From the NCBI GenBank assembly GCA_951406725.2, contig OX597814.1, forward strand, positions 172,484,001 to 172,548,000: a DNA stretch of 64,000 nt, in the 5' to 3' direction. The notes under the pieces were generated by a model. It made no database searches. It saw only the letters and a list, made by a program, of their open reading frames with translations, and had not been told where the DNA came from. A program made the position numbers and the translations under genes. Shown piece after piece: positions 26,870-40,305 of the stretch. The DNA comes from Octopus vulgaris. Its lineage: Eukaryota. Positions within the stretch are counted from its first letter, which is position 1. Every line of letters starts with the position of its first letter.

Positions 26870-27157
26870 TATAAAGGATTGTGGATAAGGCCAAAACAAT
26901 TCGATGTAAAGGCAAGGTAAATCACAAGAAAACAAATATATGAATTAATGTAGACTTACCTTGTATTCAATATTTCGGGGTTATGCACATCGGCAACATT
27001 CGTTTATTTTCTTGAAAATGGGGTCATAACAAGGTAAGTCTACAAGGTAAGTCTACATTAATACAAGGTAAGTCTACATTAATTCATATATTTGTTTCCT
27101 TGTGAGTTACCTTGCATTTACTTCACATTGCTTTGGTCTTACCCACGATCCTTTATA
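26870..27157. mobile_element. Palindromic island next to long (TA)n (arms 26870-26967 / 27060-27157) with a triple stutter at the junction
   Basis: acaaggtaagtct occurs three times with increasing extension (27029, 27042, 27063); split hammerhead halves in the spacer. Confidence 0.88.
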
Positions 27158-27189
27158 CAATATGTGTGTGTGTGTGTGTGCGTATGTAT

Positions 27190-27492
27190 GTTGTTTGTTC
27201 CTTTTCGAGCCACGCCTGGTTCATAAGGGCCGGTTTCCCGGTTTCCCTGGCGTATAGTTTCTCCACCTGAACAGGACGCCGGTCCATCGCAGGTGAGCTG
27301 CAAGATACAGGAGGAAAGAGTGAGAGAAAGTTGTGGCGAAAGAGTCAGCAGAAGTTCGCCATTACCTTCTGCCGGAGCCGCCTACAGCTTAGGTGTTTCG
27401 CTCATAAACACACACATCACCCGGTCTGATATCCGAACCCGCGATCCCTCGACCGCGAGTTCGCTGCTCTAACCACTAAACCATGTGCCTCC
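27190..27492 (-). mobile_element. SINE group C variant
   Basis: Minus head GGAGGCACATGGTTTAGTGGTTAGAGCAGCGAACTC; tail shared with 8423-8669. Confidence 0.85.
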
Positions 27493-29584
27493 ACATGTAT
27501 GTATGTATGTATGTACGGATACAAAATCATGACTTCACAAGCACAAATATATATGTAATAAGAACGTGTTATATGCTTGTGTCTGTATGTGTAGAAGTAT
27601 TATTTATATCCGTTGTGATAAAATGTTTGTTCGACATTCCTTATTCCAACATTAAGTGACCATATTTGTTAATCACAATAAGCGGAGACTTTTGTGTGAT
27701 TTAATATTTTAATTGAACTGTAATTATAAATCTATATCATAGTTAATGAATTGTCTTAGCATTTATATTACTTGCACTGCGATTGAATAAATAAAAAGTT
27801 TTATAAAGAATATTTTACTTAACATTGTATAACGCCAAGAGTTTAAAAAGCAACAGAGTATAACTATAAATTCCATTGTGGCGTTAAACCCAAGTTATAT
27901 TTATCATGCATTTGTTGTAAATTTAAGTGCCTAGTCTCATAGAGCGATGCTTTATCTTTCACAAGAGTTTAATAAAACAAAAAATAAACAAATGATTAAA
28001 CTAGAAGAAACATCTCCATTCGCCGCCATTTTTATGAGTGCTCAATAAAATATCACACTGGTATCACACTGATATGTTGAATGTTCCCTGAAAACTATCG
28101 ACCTAAATTATTATTTCCACGCAGCAGGCTTTACTAGAAACCTCTACTAATGTTAAATCTTCAGGAAAGGGAGGAGAGTAAGTGACATTTAAACTCTTAA
28201 CAACAAATAGATTAATGCTCAACTATCATCATCATCCTCATCTTCATCATCGTCATCATCATGTTCATCATGATTACCATCACTGTCATTACTATCGTTG
28301 TTGTTTTTGTTTTTGTTGTTGTTTGTTGTTACTACAACCTCATAATGTTGTTGTATTTTAAAGTGTTACGCGGTTTTCTGTTTTCCATGCATTAATCTTA
28401 TTTTATTTATGTGATTCTTCCTAAATGTAACCAATAGCAATATTGATCGAGCCTTTCAATTTCGAGTACTTGAAAGTCAAACCAAGAATAGCTTAAAATC
28501 TTTGCTCTGTTCAAAATCACTAAATAAAAGTCGTGAAGCCAACATAATGTATTCCTCTGTCTAATTTCCTGTGCAAACCGGATGTTGTTATTGAGAATTA
28601 TAATTCACCGAGGCTGTTCAACATTTACACGAACTTTCTCCTCCGTTTCACTGAACAAGAAATCCGACTACAATTTCCTAATGCTGTGATCTTAAGTGAT
28701 GGTACTAGCTTATGACACAACCTTTTCCCTCTGACATTCCAATCTTAAATTCTACATTTCTGTCTAGGAGGAAAAATTAACCTTTCAGATTTTATTGTAC
28801 AATTACAGACACTTCGATGTATTAAGAAACTCGTTTGCCGAGACTATCTAGATCGAAGGAACTTACCTCCCTACAGGGTTTTGGCTAAACCTGTTCTCAA
28901 CATTTTTCAGAAACGAATCCGATTGAAATAAAGAATGCCTCCATCCACAACTACCTTTTCATATATATACATCTCAGTCTTTCTCAATGTTCTTTACTCT
29001 TTTCAATAATACTTGACATATTTGGCTTAATTTAAATATGGACATGGAGAGTTTGATGCAGAGGAAGGAATTTTCCTCTCGGTACAATTTAGTTTCGTGG
29101 ACAATAGGTTTGCTAAATCAATTTCTATGAAATTTTCCGCTTTTTCGTAAATTATCTGCGTGCACACATGCACGCACACACACACACACCCACACACGCA
29201 CACACACATGCATGCACGCACTCACGCATATACACACATACACGTGCACACACACGTAATAGTGGAAATTTCACAAAACGAAAAAGATTAAGAGAAGCTC
29301 TTTAAGAAAGGATGATTTGCAATTTAATTTTTATTTTGGAAGTTATTTCACTTCCAATCACACTATCATATGATTTAGAAATTTTCCACAGCTAAGGACT
29401 TTATATTTCTCTCTTTCTCTCTACCTCTTCGACAAGCATTTTTAACCACGTAATTCCGTTCTTCATTCACGTCTTTAACATTTCTCTTTTTCTCTTCACC
29501 CCTCGCTTCCACTAACCACATGAGTTACAGCATAGTGCATCACTTGGTTATCTGCTTCCTCACTCACTCTCATATTACCTTTTC

Positions 29585-29628
<44 letters not shown>

Positions 29629-30284
29629 ACAGCCTCCTCCTCTCTAACAAACTATAATATTATTCTTCTAGGAACAAGTAGAAAAATATTATAGATTTAG
29701 TTCAATAAAAATTACTTTTCATATAATTACCACCACTACTACGACTACCACCGCCACTACACCACTACTACAACTACTACAACCATCATCATCATAATAG
29801 TTTTCAGTAACAAAGCTCATTTCATTTCAGCTCTCTCCAGCTGTTTATTTAAATCTACTTTTTCTTGTTGATGTATCTCTACTCCGATAATGCAAATATT
29901 ATCAGCCTCTCTCTTCTCTCTCTCTCTCGATGTAACTACCTCCTCTATTCATTTCTCTCTATCTGCCTTTCTTTAATCTCACCGCCAGGACATCATCCTC
30001 TGCTAAATATTGTATCCTTAACATATCTCTTTCTCTTTATATTCCATTCCTGCTCTACCGCACATCGTTAACACTTCTCACTCTCCCTTTCTCTCTCTCT
30101 CTCTCTCTTTTCTTTCTCCCTCTTTTTCTCACCGTCTTTTTCTGTTGTTTTTCGCCACTCCCTTTAACTAACCACGTGATGCATTTAGCCCTAGTATATT
30201 ATTATACACCTCTCTTCTTTCTTCTCTACTCACATTCCTCCCCATCACTCTGTCACTTTGACTTTACCTCTCATTCATTCCACA

Positions 30285-30500
30285 TCCACCTTGCTGCTCG
30301 CAGACGACGCAGCACTGGCAGCGCACTCTGAAGAGCAAATGCAGCACCTTGTGGACAAAGGTCTGTCAGGAATTCAGTCTGACAATCAGTCTGAAGAAGA
30401 CCCAAGTAATGGGCCAAAGTGTCAAACACGGGACAAGAGCACAAGGACAAATTCATATTCGTTTCAAGGACGTCTGTAAGAAAGATATGAAGTTGCTTGT
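30285..30500 (+). pseudogene. Internally deleted RTE-clade LINE RT fragment
   Basis: LLLADDAALAAHSEEQMQHLVDK, frameshift, CQEFSLTISLKKTQVMGQ, then C-terminal RFKDVCKKDMK. Confidence 0.85.
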
Positions 30501-30533
30501 TCAGGACGTATGTAGTTGCTTGATCAAGCTATA

Positions 30534-31125
30534 ATGGAAGTAACAAAGGTGTATATTTGGTATATTTTGCTTTATGAGTTCAATAAAGGCAACAGGTCGA
30601 CGGAAAGTGCAAGGAATGTTAATGCAGTATATGAGGATCGGACAATAAACGTAAGCCAGAGTCAACGGTGGTTCCAGAAATTCCGAACCGGAAACTACAG
30701 CCTAGAAGACGAGCCTCGTCCTGGAAGATCTGTAGAGCTCGACTAGGACGTCCTGTAAACCCTGGTGGAACAAAATCCCATCGTAACTGTTGAGGAACTT
30801 ACAGAGAAGCTTAGAAATGGTCATTCAACCATTCATCGACACCTGCGTGCCATCAGAATAGTCAGTAAATTGGGTCAATGAGTTCCTCACAAACTTTCTG
30901 AGTTTAGTCTCACGCAGAGAATGAATGTGTGCACTTCTTTGCTGTCACGTCTCACCAATGAACCTTTTTTGGACGGAATAGAGATTGGTAACTGAAAATG
31001 GGTTCTCTATGAAAATGTCAAGCGCTGAAGTCAGTGGGTAGGGAAAGGAGAAACAGCGTTACCCCAAGCTAAAGGAGGTCTTCACCCACATCAGGTGTTG
31101 TTATCTGTTTGGTGGGATATGAAAG
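30534..31125 (+). pseudogene. Mariner (DD34D) transposase relic, N-terminal half
   Basis: LLYEFNKG...QRWFQKFRTGNYSLEDEPRPGR, KLGQ*VPHKL (WVPHEL), KWVLYENVKR, LHPHQVLLSVWWD; several stops. Confidence 0.92.
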
Positions 31126-31127
31126 CG

Positions 31128-31735
31128 TTATACTTGAATCCTCGTCCACTTATATGTTATTGTCGGCGCTGTAATATTCTTCTCGCCACTATTATGTTGT
31201 GGCGGTATTATGCGTCTTATTATCTTTCACTCGTCTATCGTGCTATCGCTGATAGATCCGCAAGACAATGACTTTAGATGTCTACCTTGTCGAATACTCG
31301 AACTCCTATATAACACATAACTGACACTGACTCCAGCTGAGAGTCGTACAACGACTCTACTACTACTCACTTCCTATAACGAATGACTGTCTGACTTTAT
31401 AGTGGCTGGACTATACCACTTTCTCACGTGGGGAAGGGGAGTGCCATTTTCGCTACAACATCTTCCCTTTTAGTTTTTTCTTTCTTTGGGAAGCGGGTAA
31501 TTTTATATTACTTTATTCACCCCTCCTCCCTTTGTTAGCGTTTTGTTCCAACTTAATAATTTTTCTTTGTAGGAATTCTGTGTTCTTCCTTTTTCTTCCA
31601 TTTGTATGCATGGGTTGGACCACTTGTAACGGTGTTGGTACCTGTCGTACAACCATTTCATAGATTATCCTAATCTATCTGCCTCATTTTCTATGAATCT
31701 CTTCAATTGGGTTTTGGGGTTTTTTTCGAGTATAG
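31128..31735 (-). mobile_element. Probable Gypsy-type LTR retrotransposon fragment (LTR ~31128-31457 plus 3' internal region)
   Basis: Minus strand: purine tract AAAAGGGAAGA just before TGTAGCG; upstream RYKWSNPC resembles the integrase C-terminal W-x-G-P region; truncates the mariner relic. Confidence 0.45.
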
Positions 31736-31740
31736 TGGGT

Positions 31741-32115
31741 GCTTTTTATGTGGCACCATTACCAGTGCGCTTTTTAGGTGGCACCAACACCAGTAGTTTT
31801 TACATGGCACAATTACAAGTACTTTTTAAGTGGGACCATCACTAGTGATTTTTACGTGGTATCAACATCATTGCTTTTTACTTGGCACCATCACCAGTGC
31901 TCTTTACATAACACCATTACCAGTGCTTTTCATGCGGCACAATCACGAGTACTTTTTTATATGGCACAATTACAAGTACTTTTTACATGTCACCATCATC
32001 AGTGATTTTTATGTGACACCATCACCAGTGCTTTCTATGCGGCACCATCAGCAGTGCTTTTTATGAGGCACAATCAGCAGTGTTTTTTTTTTACGTGGAA
32101 CATTCACCAGTGCTT
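31741..32115. repeat. Degenerate 26-bp minisatellite, ~14 units (consensus CTTTTTAYGTGGCACCATCACCAGTG)
   Basis: Units counted by eye, head-to-tail without spacers. Confidence 0.9.
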
Positions 32116-33071
32116 TGAAATAGAATAAACGCTACGACCAAAATACTTTTGAGTTTGAATATTCAAGGAATATACCTGTTGACTTTATTATTTCAACAGT
32201 AAGTGAAACAAAGAATTTATCGATTTATCATATTTAATTTCCGGATGACCGAGTCGCATGTGTGTCTATCGGACAAGAAGCCAGAAGGTTGGTAATTTAT
32301 TATTCTGTCAGCCGAGCTTCACTTGGTCCATATCTGGGGGACTTATTTCTCAATAGATTGTTGTTCTTGTTACTACTACTGCTGTTTCTGTTGCTTAGGT
32401 GCAGGTCAATCTTGATGGAGCAGACTTCTGATCAAATTCACTCCAGTTTTAACCATTGTTTCTCTTTCATATCAGGGAGGCGCTATCTTGTCAACTATCA
32501 ATCGTTTTTAAACGGAGTTTTTTTTTCTGGGGATATTTTGGCTGGTGTTTCTACCAGGCCAAGTAACCACACAGGAAAAGCTAGATGCACATATGTTCAT
32601 ACATAGACAAGACAGATGTACATATGTACCCCGAATTGGAATAGTCCACTGCTTATGCAATACCCTCTCTGTAGAATTAGTTGGGGTTTTTAATCTTTGA
32701 TTAGCCTTGATCACATCTTTTCTTCGGTATAATGTACTTTGGACTACTAAAACATCCAGTATGTCCTTCCCTGTTTAAGATGTTAGAGTGTAAGATAAGT
32801 AAGATTTGGTTGCTATGTCTAGTAGATCAAGTCTCTACAGAGAGACTTCCTAGGCGGCTAGAAGGATTTCTTGTCTTATAATCTGGAATATTGTTTATGA
32901 CTATATTATAATCATAAGCATACATACATATATGGATGCCGCTGATTAAGAAAGTGGAGTAACTGACTCCTTCAGATGGATCAAGAGAAAAAAAGACTTT
33001 TAAATAATAAATCTTAACACAGGCACTAATTCAAACCAGCCAATGTTTCTTCGTGTTATTTTTATTATTGA

Positions 33072-33345
33072 ATTAGTTGATCGCCCTCCATATTCTCATG
33101 ATTTGGACCCATCTAATTAACATCTGTTTCCAAACACGAAAAAAAAATAAAAGCTGGGAATCAGTATGGCGGTGATGATGACGTTGATCAGTTTTTTGAC
33201 TAACAGGATGAAAACATCTGCACCAATGGGATTCAAACATTGCAACACCGATGGAAAGAATGTGTAAATCTCAAAGGGGCAGGGTTTGGTCACATTCTAC
33301 AAGAGTTTCTTAGTCTGTCTATGGACTTTTCTATCGACCCTCGTA
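33072..33345 (+). pseudogene. Mariner transposase C-terminal relic plus TIR
   Basis: RPPYSHDLDPSN*HLFP (YSPDLAPSD motif) and GIQTLQHRWKECVNLKG; ends ACTTTTCTATCGACCCTCG-TA. Confidence 0.85.
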
Positions 33346-33378
33346 TCAGTACTCGTTGTAGTGTTACATGTTCATGCT

Positions 33379-33762
33379 GGTGGAGGCGCAATGGCCCAGT
33401 GGTTAGAGCAGCGAACTCGCGGTCGTAGGATCGCGGTTTCGATTCCCAGACCGGGCGTTGTGAGTGTTTATTGAGCGAAAACACCTAAAAGCTCCACGAG
33501 GCTCCGGCAGGGATGGTGGTGATCCCTGCTGTACTCTTTCACCACAACTTTCTCTCACTCTTACTTCCTGTTTCTGTTGTACCTGTATTTCAAAGGGCCG
33601 GCCTTGTCACTCTCTATGTCACGCTGAATATCCCCGAGAACTACGTTAAGGGTACACGTGTCTGTGGAGTGCTCAGCCACTTACACGTTAATTTCACGAG
33701 CAGGCTGTTCCGTTGATCGGATCAACCGGAACCCTCATCGTCGTAACCGACGGTGTGTTTCC
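33379..33762 (+). mobile_element. SINE group C, full length with 13-bp TSD
   Basis: TSD acatgttcatgct at 33366-33378 and 33763-33775. Confidence 0.93.
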
Positions 33763-34187
33763 ACATGTTCATGCTAGCTAATTGTGGGTTAGATAAAAAG
33801 CTGCCTCAGCTCAATTACCCTTAGCAGAGCCAGAAAAAAATATCACCGGGTTTCTTATTTGACCAATTCTCCAATCTGTAATCCTAAATTGGTACTGTAC
33901 TTATCACCTCGAAGGGATGAAAGAAAAAGTTCATTTCGGTTAGTTTGAAATCAGTGTGTTAGAGTTGAAACGATATTGCTGTTTCCAGAGTTAATTCAAT
34001 TTCATTTGAGAATAGTTAAAAGTATCAAAACTCTGAATTTGAAAAATAGTTCAATACTCTTTCGCATTTCTTATATCCATTGCGTTCTTCGTGAAACCCT
34101 TTACAATACAGAGTATCTTCTGCGATTACGAAAGGTTATATTCAGCATTCTCTCGCCCCCTATCTCTCTCTCTCTCACACCCTCTGT

Positions 34188-34643
<456 letters not shown>

Positions 34644-34654
34644 TAAATGATTGA

Positions 34655-34836
34655 TACGGTAGGCGGAGTGCAACTAGAAGCTTTATTTAGTACAACAATC
34701 GTTTCGGCTGCGTTCTGCACTGCTCCCTTGTGGGTGGGGGATGCACCGCGCAGTGCAAGGAGCCTCACCAGTGCAGAAGACAGCCGAAACGACTGTTGTG
34801 TTAAATACAGCTTCTACGTACACTCCGTCTTCTGTA
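34655..34836. mobile_element. Diverged palindromic island (arms 34655-34722 / 34769-34836) with hammerhead on minus 34690-34771
   Basis: Minus: CTGGTGA ggct...agcc GAAAC gatt GTT gtac; stem II ggct/agcc; the fold-back starts at the CAG overlapping the core. Confidence 0.8.
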
Positions 34837-35591
34837 AATACCCAACATGTATCTAGGAATTCCTTACATATACCCAGCAGCGAAAACCCAGTACCGCAGA
34901 CGATGCCTGATAAATGGCGAACGTGCTGTGCAGGCACACTGTCTGGAATTAACCCAAAACAAGGTGTGGATACTGCGTTTTAATGTCTCGCGTGTAAACT
35001 TTAATTTTGATTTTAAATATTTTAAATATTTAACTATATATATATATACATATATATATATATAACAGTACTGGGAGAATAAGAAACGGAACGAATCGAA
35101 TCGAACCCGACGCGAGGGCGCTGTCAAACAATAGTATAATAAATAAAATACATGCATACATACAAACATATATGTACGTACCTACATCTACATGTATATA
35201 TACATGCATATATAAATATATATACACGTGAGTACAGGACACCACAACTAGACGTAGAACTCAACGAAAAACGAAAACGGAGAAACGAAAAACGAAAACG
35301 GAAAAACACTTTTTTTACAACAGAAAAAGCAGAGTACAGGACATACTACACAAGGAAAAATCCCCTATCATCAGCTGTCACTAGTTCGGCTCCAGCGTGT
35401 TTCGAAGGCAAGACAGGACACGACTCCCCAAACTAGTCCTTCCTGCGAGAGAATTAAAATAAAATTGCCTCGCAGAGGGGTAAAAACAAGCAAGAAAAAA
35501 ATGTATCACAAACAGGACGTAAAAACGATACAAATAGAACTACAAAATAAAATACAAGATAAAAATACATGTACAAGAAAATACAATAATA

Positions 35592-35827
35592 AATAAATGC
35601 GCCCTTTTAAAGCCTAGCCAGGCTCATGGGCCCGGTTTCCCGTTTTCTATGGTGTATGTGTTCCCCAGTCCATCGCAGCGTTACTCATTTTTGCCAGCTG
35701 AGTGAATTGGAGCAACGTGAAATGAAGTGTTTTGCTCAAGAACACAACGCGTCGCCCGGTCCAGGAATCGAAACCACAACCTTATGATCATGATGCTGAC
35801 CCCCTAACCACTAAGTCACGCGCCTCC
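35592..35827 (-). mobile_element. SINE group C variant (head GGAGGCGCGTGACTTAGTGG, tail AAGGGCG)
   Basis: Head and body as 8423-8669, tail as 5606-5902. Confidence 0.88.
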
Positions 35828-35851
35828 ACATTATATATATAATTGCTAAAG

Positions 35852-35968
35852 ACGACAACAAAAAGTTAGGGCGAGTCAAACATCTCAGTCGTATACTGAA
35901 TCTTTTTTTCCAATAATAATAATGTATATGACATGAGATGTTCATCTTGCCATAACTTTTGTTGTCGT
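35852..35968. repeat. Imperfect inverted repeat (~45-bp arms) in a TA-flanked island
   Basis: acgacaacaaaaagttagggcgag...catctcagtcgtatac versus gtatatgacatgagatg...cttgccataacttttgttgtcgt. Confidence 0.75.
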
Positions 35969-36098
35969 GTATCCGGTATATTGGAAGGCTTCATAACTAC
36001 CGTCTCGGCTATAACCATGGATTACTATCCGTTACAGCACTTACCTAGTGTACCTAATCGTTTAGATCCCCTGTGAACTAAACCTCCATATTTTGTAC

Positions 36099-36141
<43 letters not shown>

Positions 36142-36201
36142 TAGATAGATAGATAGATAGACACACACGCACACACACACACACACATGTATATATATAT
36201 A

Positions 36202-36252
<51 letters not shown>

Positions 36253-36836
36253 TATTTCGGTATGATCAATTTTGTTTTTGCCAAATAAACACATACACTA
36301 TATATTCGTTCTTCACTTCAGCTTTATTTCACCAAAACAAAACTCACACACACATACACACACACACAGGTGTCTCTGTAGTCACTTGAGCTAGTACAAA
36401 TAGCGGCCAAATATCTCTTCAAACACATCCTTTTATCAAAAGAAAGATACAGATTTGCAGTATTTCGGAAAGGAAGAAAAAAAAAGACTATGGAATGAGT
36501 CTGCTACATCAGACACAACTCTGAGCTAAACAAAACGCAAAGATATTTCACATCAAAAGATTATCTACTAAATAATACTAATAAAGTTTGACGGTATATC
36601 TTCGAAGTTTCATTCCCTGGTAAAACTCTATGTATTTCAAGATTGTTCAGGCAGAGTTGTCTCCCTTAGCTAAAGACCTCAAAATTGTGTGACCTGACCT
36701 TGTTTTTTTTAGGTTATTTTAGTAGCAAAAAAAGATTTGCTATGCAAAAACATGCTTTATTTTGTAGCCGAAAGATTACCGAATCTTTTGATACCTCATA
36801 TGTCAAAATCGGTAAATCAATTTTGGAATACATAAG

Positions 36837-36906
<70 letters not shown>

Positions 36907-37377
36907 GCCGTTTTGTATATATAGGTAAAACCACAAGAACCATTTTAACTAACGTAAGACTATAACAATATACATTTATATTTAATCAATATAAGAAACT
37001 AATTTATATTTCAGAGGATGGTGATGAGAAAGAAATGTGACGTTAATTCATTTATTTTTTTTGCCAGGGGAATTAGTTGTATGAGTGACAATAAAATAGA
37101 TTCAGGCAGAGGTTGAAACCGCTTTGTATTTTCTATTTGACGGCCAGTTACTTATCTCGTGGTGTCTATAGCACTCGCTTTACTCTATGATTATATGTTA
37201 AAGTTTCCTCCTCCTATATTTCACCTTACAAATCGTACTGTATGTTAGGAGTGTGTGCGCGCTCGAGCTAAATAACAATTTATTCCGTCTTCTAACATAT
37301 AAGCTTATCTTTCTTTAAAGAACACAAAAATAAAAGCAAAGCAATACACGCAAATACACACACACATATACATACAT

Positions 37378-37452
<75 letters not shown>

Positions 37453-37481
37453 AATGTGTGCTCATGAGTGTTTCTGTATAC

Positions 37482-37528
<47 letters not shown>

Positions 37529-38169
37529 TATGTGTGTATGTATGTATACTTACACACAAGTATATACATATAGACGAGCGAAGAAGGGGAAAGCTATACA
37601 GTACGCAGAGAAAACCTAAAATGTTGTCTGCTCAAGATGTAATTGTAATGGTCGGAATATAAATACTAGACATATATTACCATCGTTCTGCATTGTTATG
37701 CAAGCAAAGGATATACGGACCATTACACTTGCAATAATTACTCCTCCGGAGATTCTGGGAATAGCAATGAAGACTTCAGATATTTTCTTACATGCAGACT
37801 ATTTGTTGTCAGCCAGCGAAACGATTAAAATGTCCCCCCCCCCTTATATCCTTCTTGATGCATAACGAATTGGATCGACGTATTTCTTACGCATGCTTCC
37901 TGAGAACTGACCAGTGGGATATCGTATTTATTGTATTTAGAAATAAACTGAGCTGTTAGCTATAATTAATGGTTTCTGTTCGTTGTTGCCCTGCATGAAC
38001 CTATTCAGATTAGTATAAATACGGCTGACATGACCGAACCCGATGTATGAAAACCAATAAATGAAGTGATTTCGTACGTAAGAAGATTTTTTTATGTATA
38101 TGTATGTAAGCGCGTGTATGTATCTATTCTCATATATATATATATATATATATATATGTGGAGACATAA

Positions 38170-38214
<45 letters not shown>

Positions 38215-39148
38215 CATGCATACATACATGTACACATATATATGCATATAAATGTGTATATAAGCATGTATATATATATGTCTATAAATATATATATATA
38301 CATATTTTTATATGTATGCATAAGCATGCATATATATATATGTGCATGTTTACATATATATATACATATATATACATGTCTATATATGTGTATATATATA
38401 TATGTATATATATGTATGTATATATATGTATATATATATGAATGTATATATATATATATATGTATATGTGTGTGTATTACAATAAGTAAACGTTTCATAA
38501 ATGTTGCTTTTCATTCTCTCATAATTGCTTTATACAGGTCAAGGTTTATGTAGTATGCGAGTATATTTGGCTGTCTCGACATAAATAGATGCTACGGTTG
38601 AATAGATTAAATACCGGCACGTGAGTTCATTTTATTATCTCTGCTTGATATGGGAATTCATAAGATCGTATTCCCATGAAGAAGGCATCTCTTTTATGTT
38701 TCCAGCAAAGAAGAAAAACCTAAAAAAAAGAAAAGAAAAGAAATATCGAAAGAAAGAAAGAGTGAAAGCAACAGCCGTCCATTTCTTATTGTCCCAAATT
38801 ATATTTTAAAAGCAAAATATGAAATAATTCATCTGGAAAGTTAATTTGCTATACGTTAGCGACTTATCCAGATGGAAGTTCAGCTGTGATAGACTGATTT
38901 GAACAAGTGTAGTTTTTATCTAACACTAATACATTATGATTATTAGTGCTTAATCGAAATAAAACGGTAACTGTTGCACTATTCTAAAAAAGAGAAAAGA
39001 AAAGTATTACAGTAGTTGAGAATGAGAATAGGGGAGAAAGTATCCCATTATTTGCTTATACTGAATACGTATATGTATGCATACACACTGCCACACGCAC
39101 ACATACACACACACACACACCACACACATACACACACACATAAATATA

Positions 39149-39184
<36 letters not shown>

Positions 39185-39305
39185 ACTGTATAATAAAATA
39201 TATTGATAATATATTTTCTCCGATTTGAAGCGCAATTTTTAAATATAAGCAAATGACCGGAAAGTTATGAGTTAATCATATATATATATGTGTGCGTATG
39301 TATGT

Positions 39306-39339
<34 letters not shown>

Positions 39340-40070
39340 ATATCACCTATTAATATATCGAGTCGACCACGAAACTAAATAACCATCGAGTTACACTATA
39401 CTCTCTTCCAGAAGCTGACATTATTTAACGTGATTATCCATATTAAGCTATACCTTGTGAAAAGAGCTGGTGGTCACAGATCTGTTCGACCAGGGCTAAA
39501 CAATAGCAAGAACACCTAGTTATGTGTGTAGTTTCTAAGCTCTCTTAACGAATTCCAGGCTGTTAGTAAAATTTTGTCGATACACTCTTTCTTTCAATTA
39601 ACGCTTTGCGTGATAACGATCCGCGATTTTCAGGTCAACGTATTTTGAAAGCTTTCATAGTATTTCATTTTTACAAATTATCTGCCTCATTAGATGCCCT
39701 AAATTCTGCTCGCTTCACTATTTCTAATTAATCTCAGCGAGCAGAGTGAATGTGCTACGTATGTCAACGACCGCAAATGTTTGTTCGACACATTTTCTAT
39801 GTTGTTGTATTGGAGCTGCATTTGCCTTGATCAAACACATCTGATAAAAGGCTTTCCAACCATGGCCGTCTGTATCAAACGCTACATTATGAAATGTGTT
39901 CCTTTTAAAGACGATAGGTGCAATTGGAGGGAAACTTAGCAGCTATTTCTAGGAGATCGTGTTACCCAGTAGAGCTTCTTCGTTGTAACCAATTAAGCTT
40001 TTCTTTGTCAGTAAAACTGTTTTCAGCCCAGAGAGGAATACTAATAATATAGCTATATAATCCAGTTCAG

Positions 40071-40305
40071 TGAAGGCGGCGAGCTGGCAGAAACGTTAGC
40101 ACGCCGGGCGAAATGCTTTGCGTTATTTCGTCCGCCGTTGCGTTCAGAGTTCAAATTCCGCCGAGGTCGACTTTGCCTTTCATCCTTTCGGGGTCGATAA
40201 ATTAAGTACCAGTTACGCACTGGGGTCGATGTAATCGACTTAATCCGTTTGTCTGTCCTTGTTTGTCCCCTCTGTGTTTAGCCCCTTGTGGGTAGTAAAG
40301 AAATA
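40071..40305 (+). mobile_element. SINE group A, full length with 17-bp TSD
   Basis: TSD tatataatccagttcag at 40054-40070 and 40306-40322. Confidence 0.93.

Noticed and set aside
31741-32115. CRISPR-like regular array
   Set aside because: Units are head-to-tail and degenerate, with no unique spacers, no cas genes and a eukaryotic context.
33382-33455. tRNA genes in SINE heads
   Set aside because: A and B boxes are present but continue into SINE bodies with tails and TSDs.
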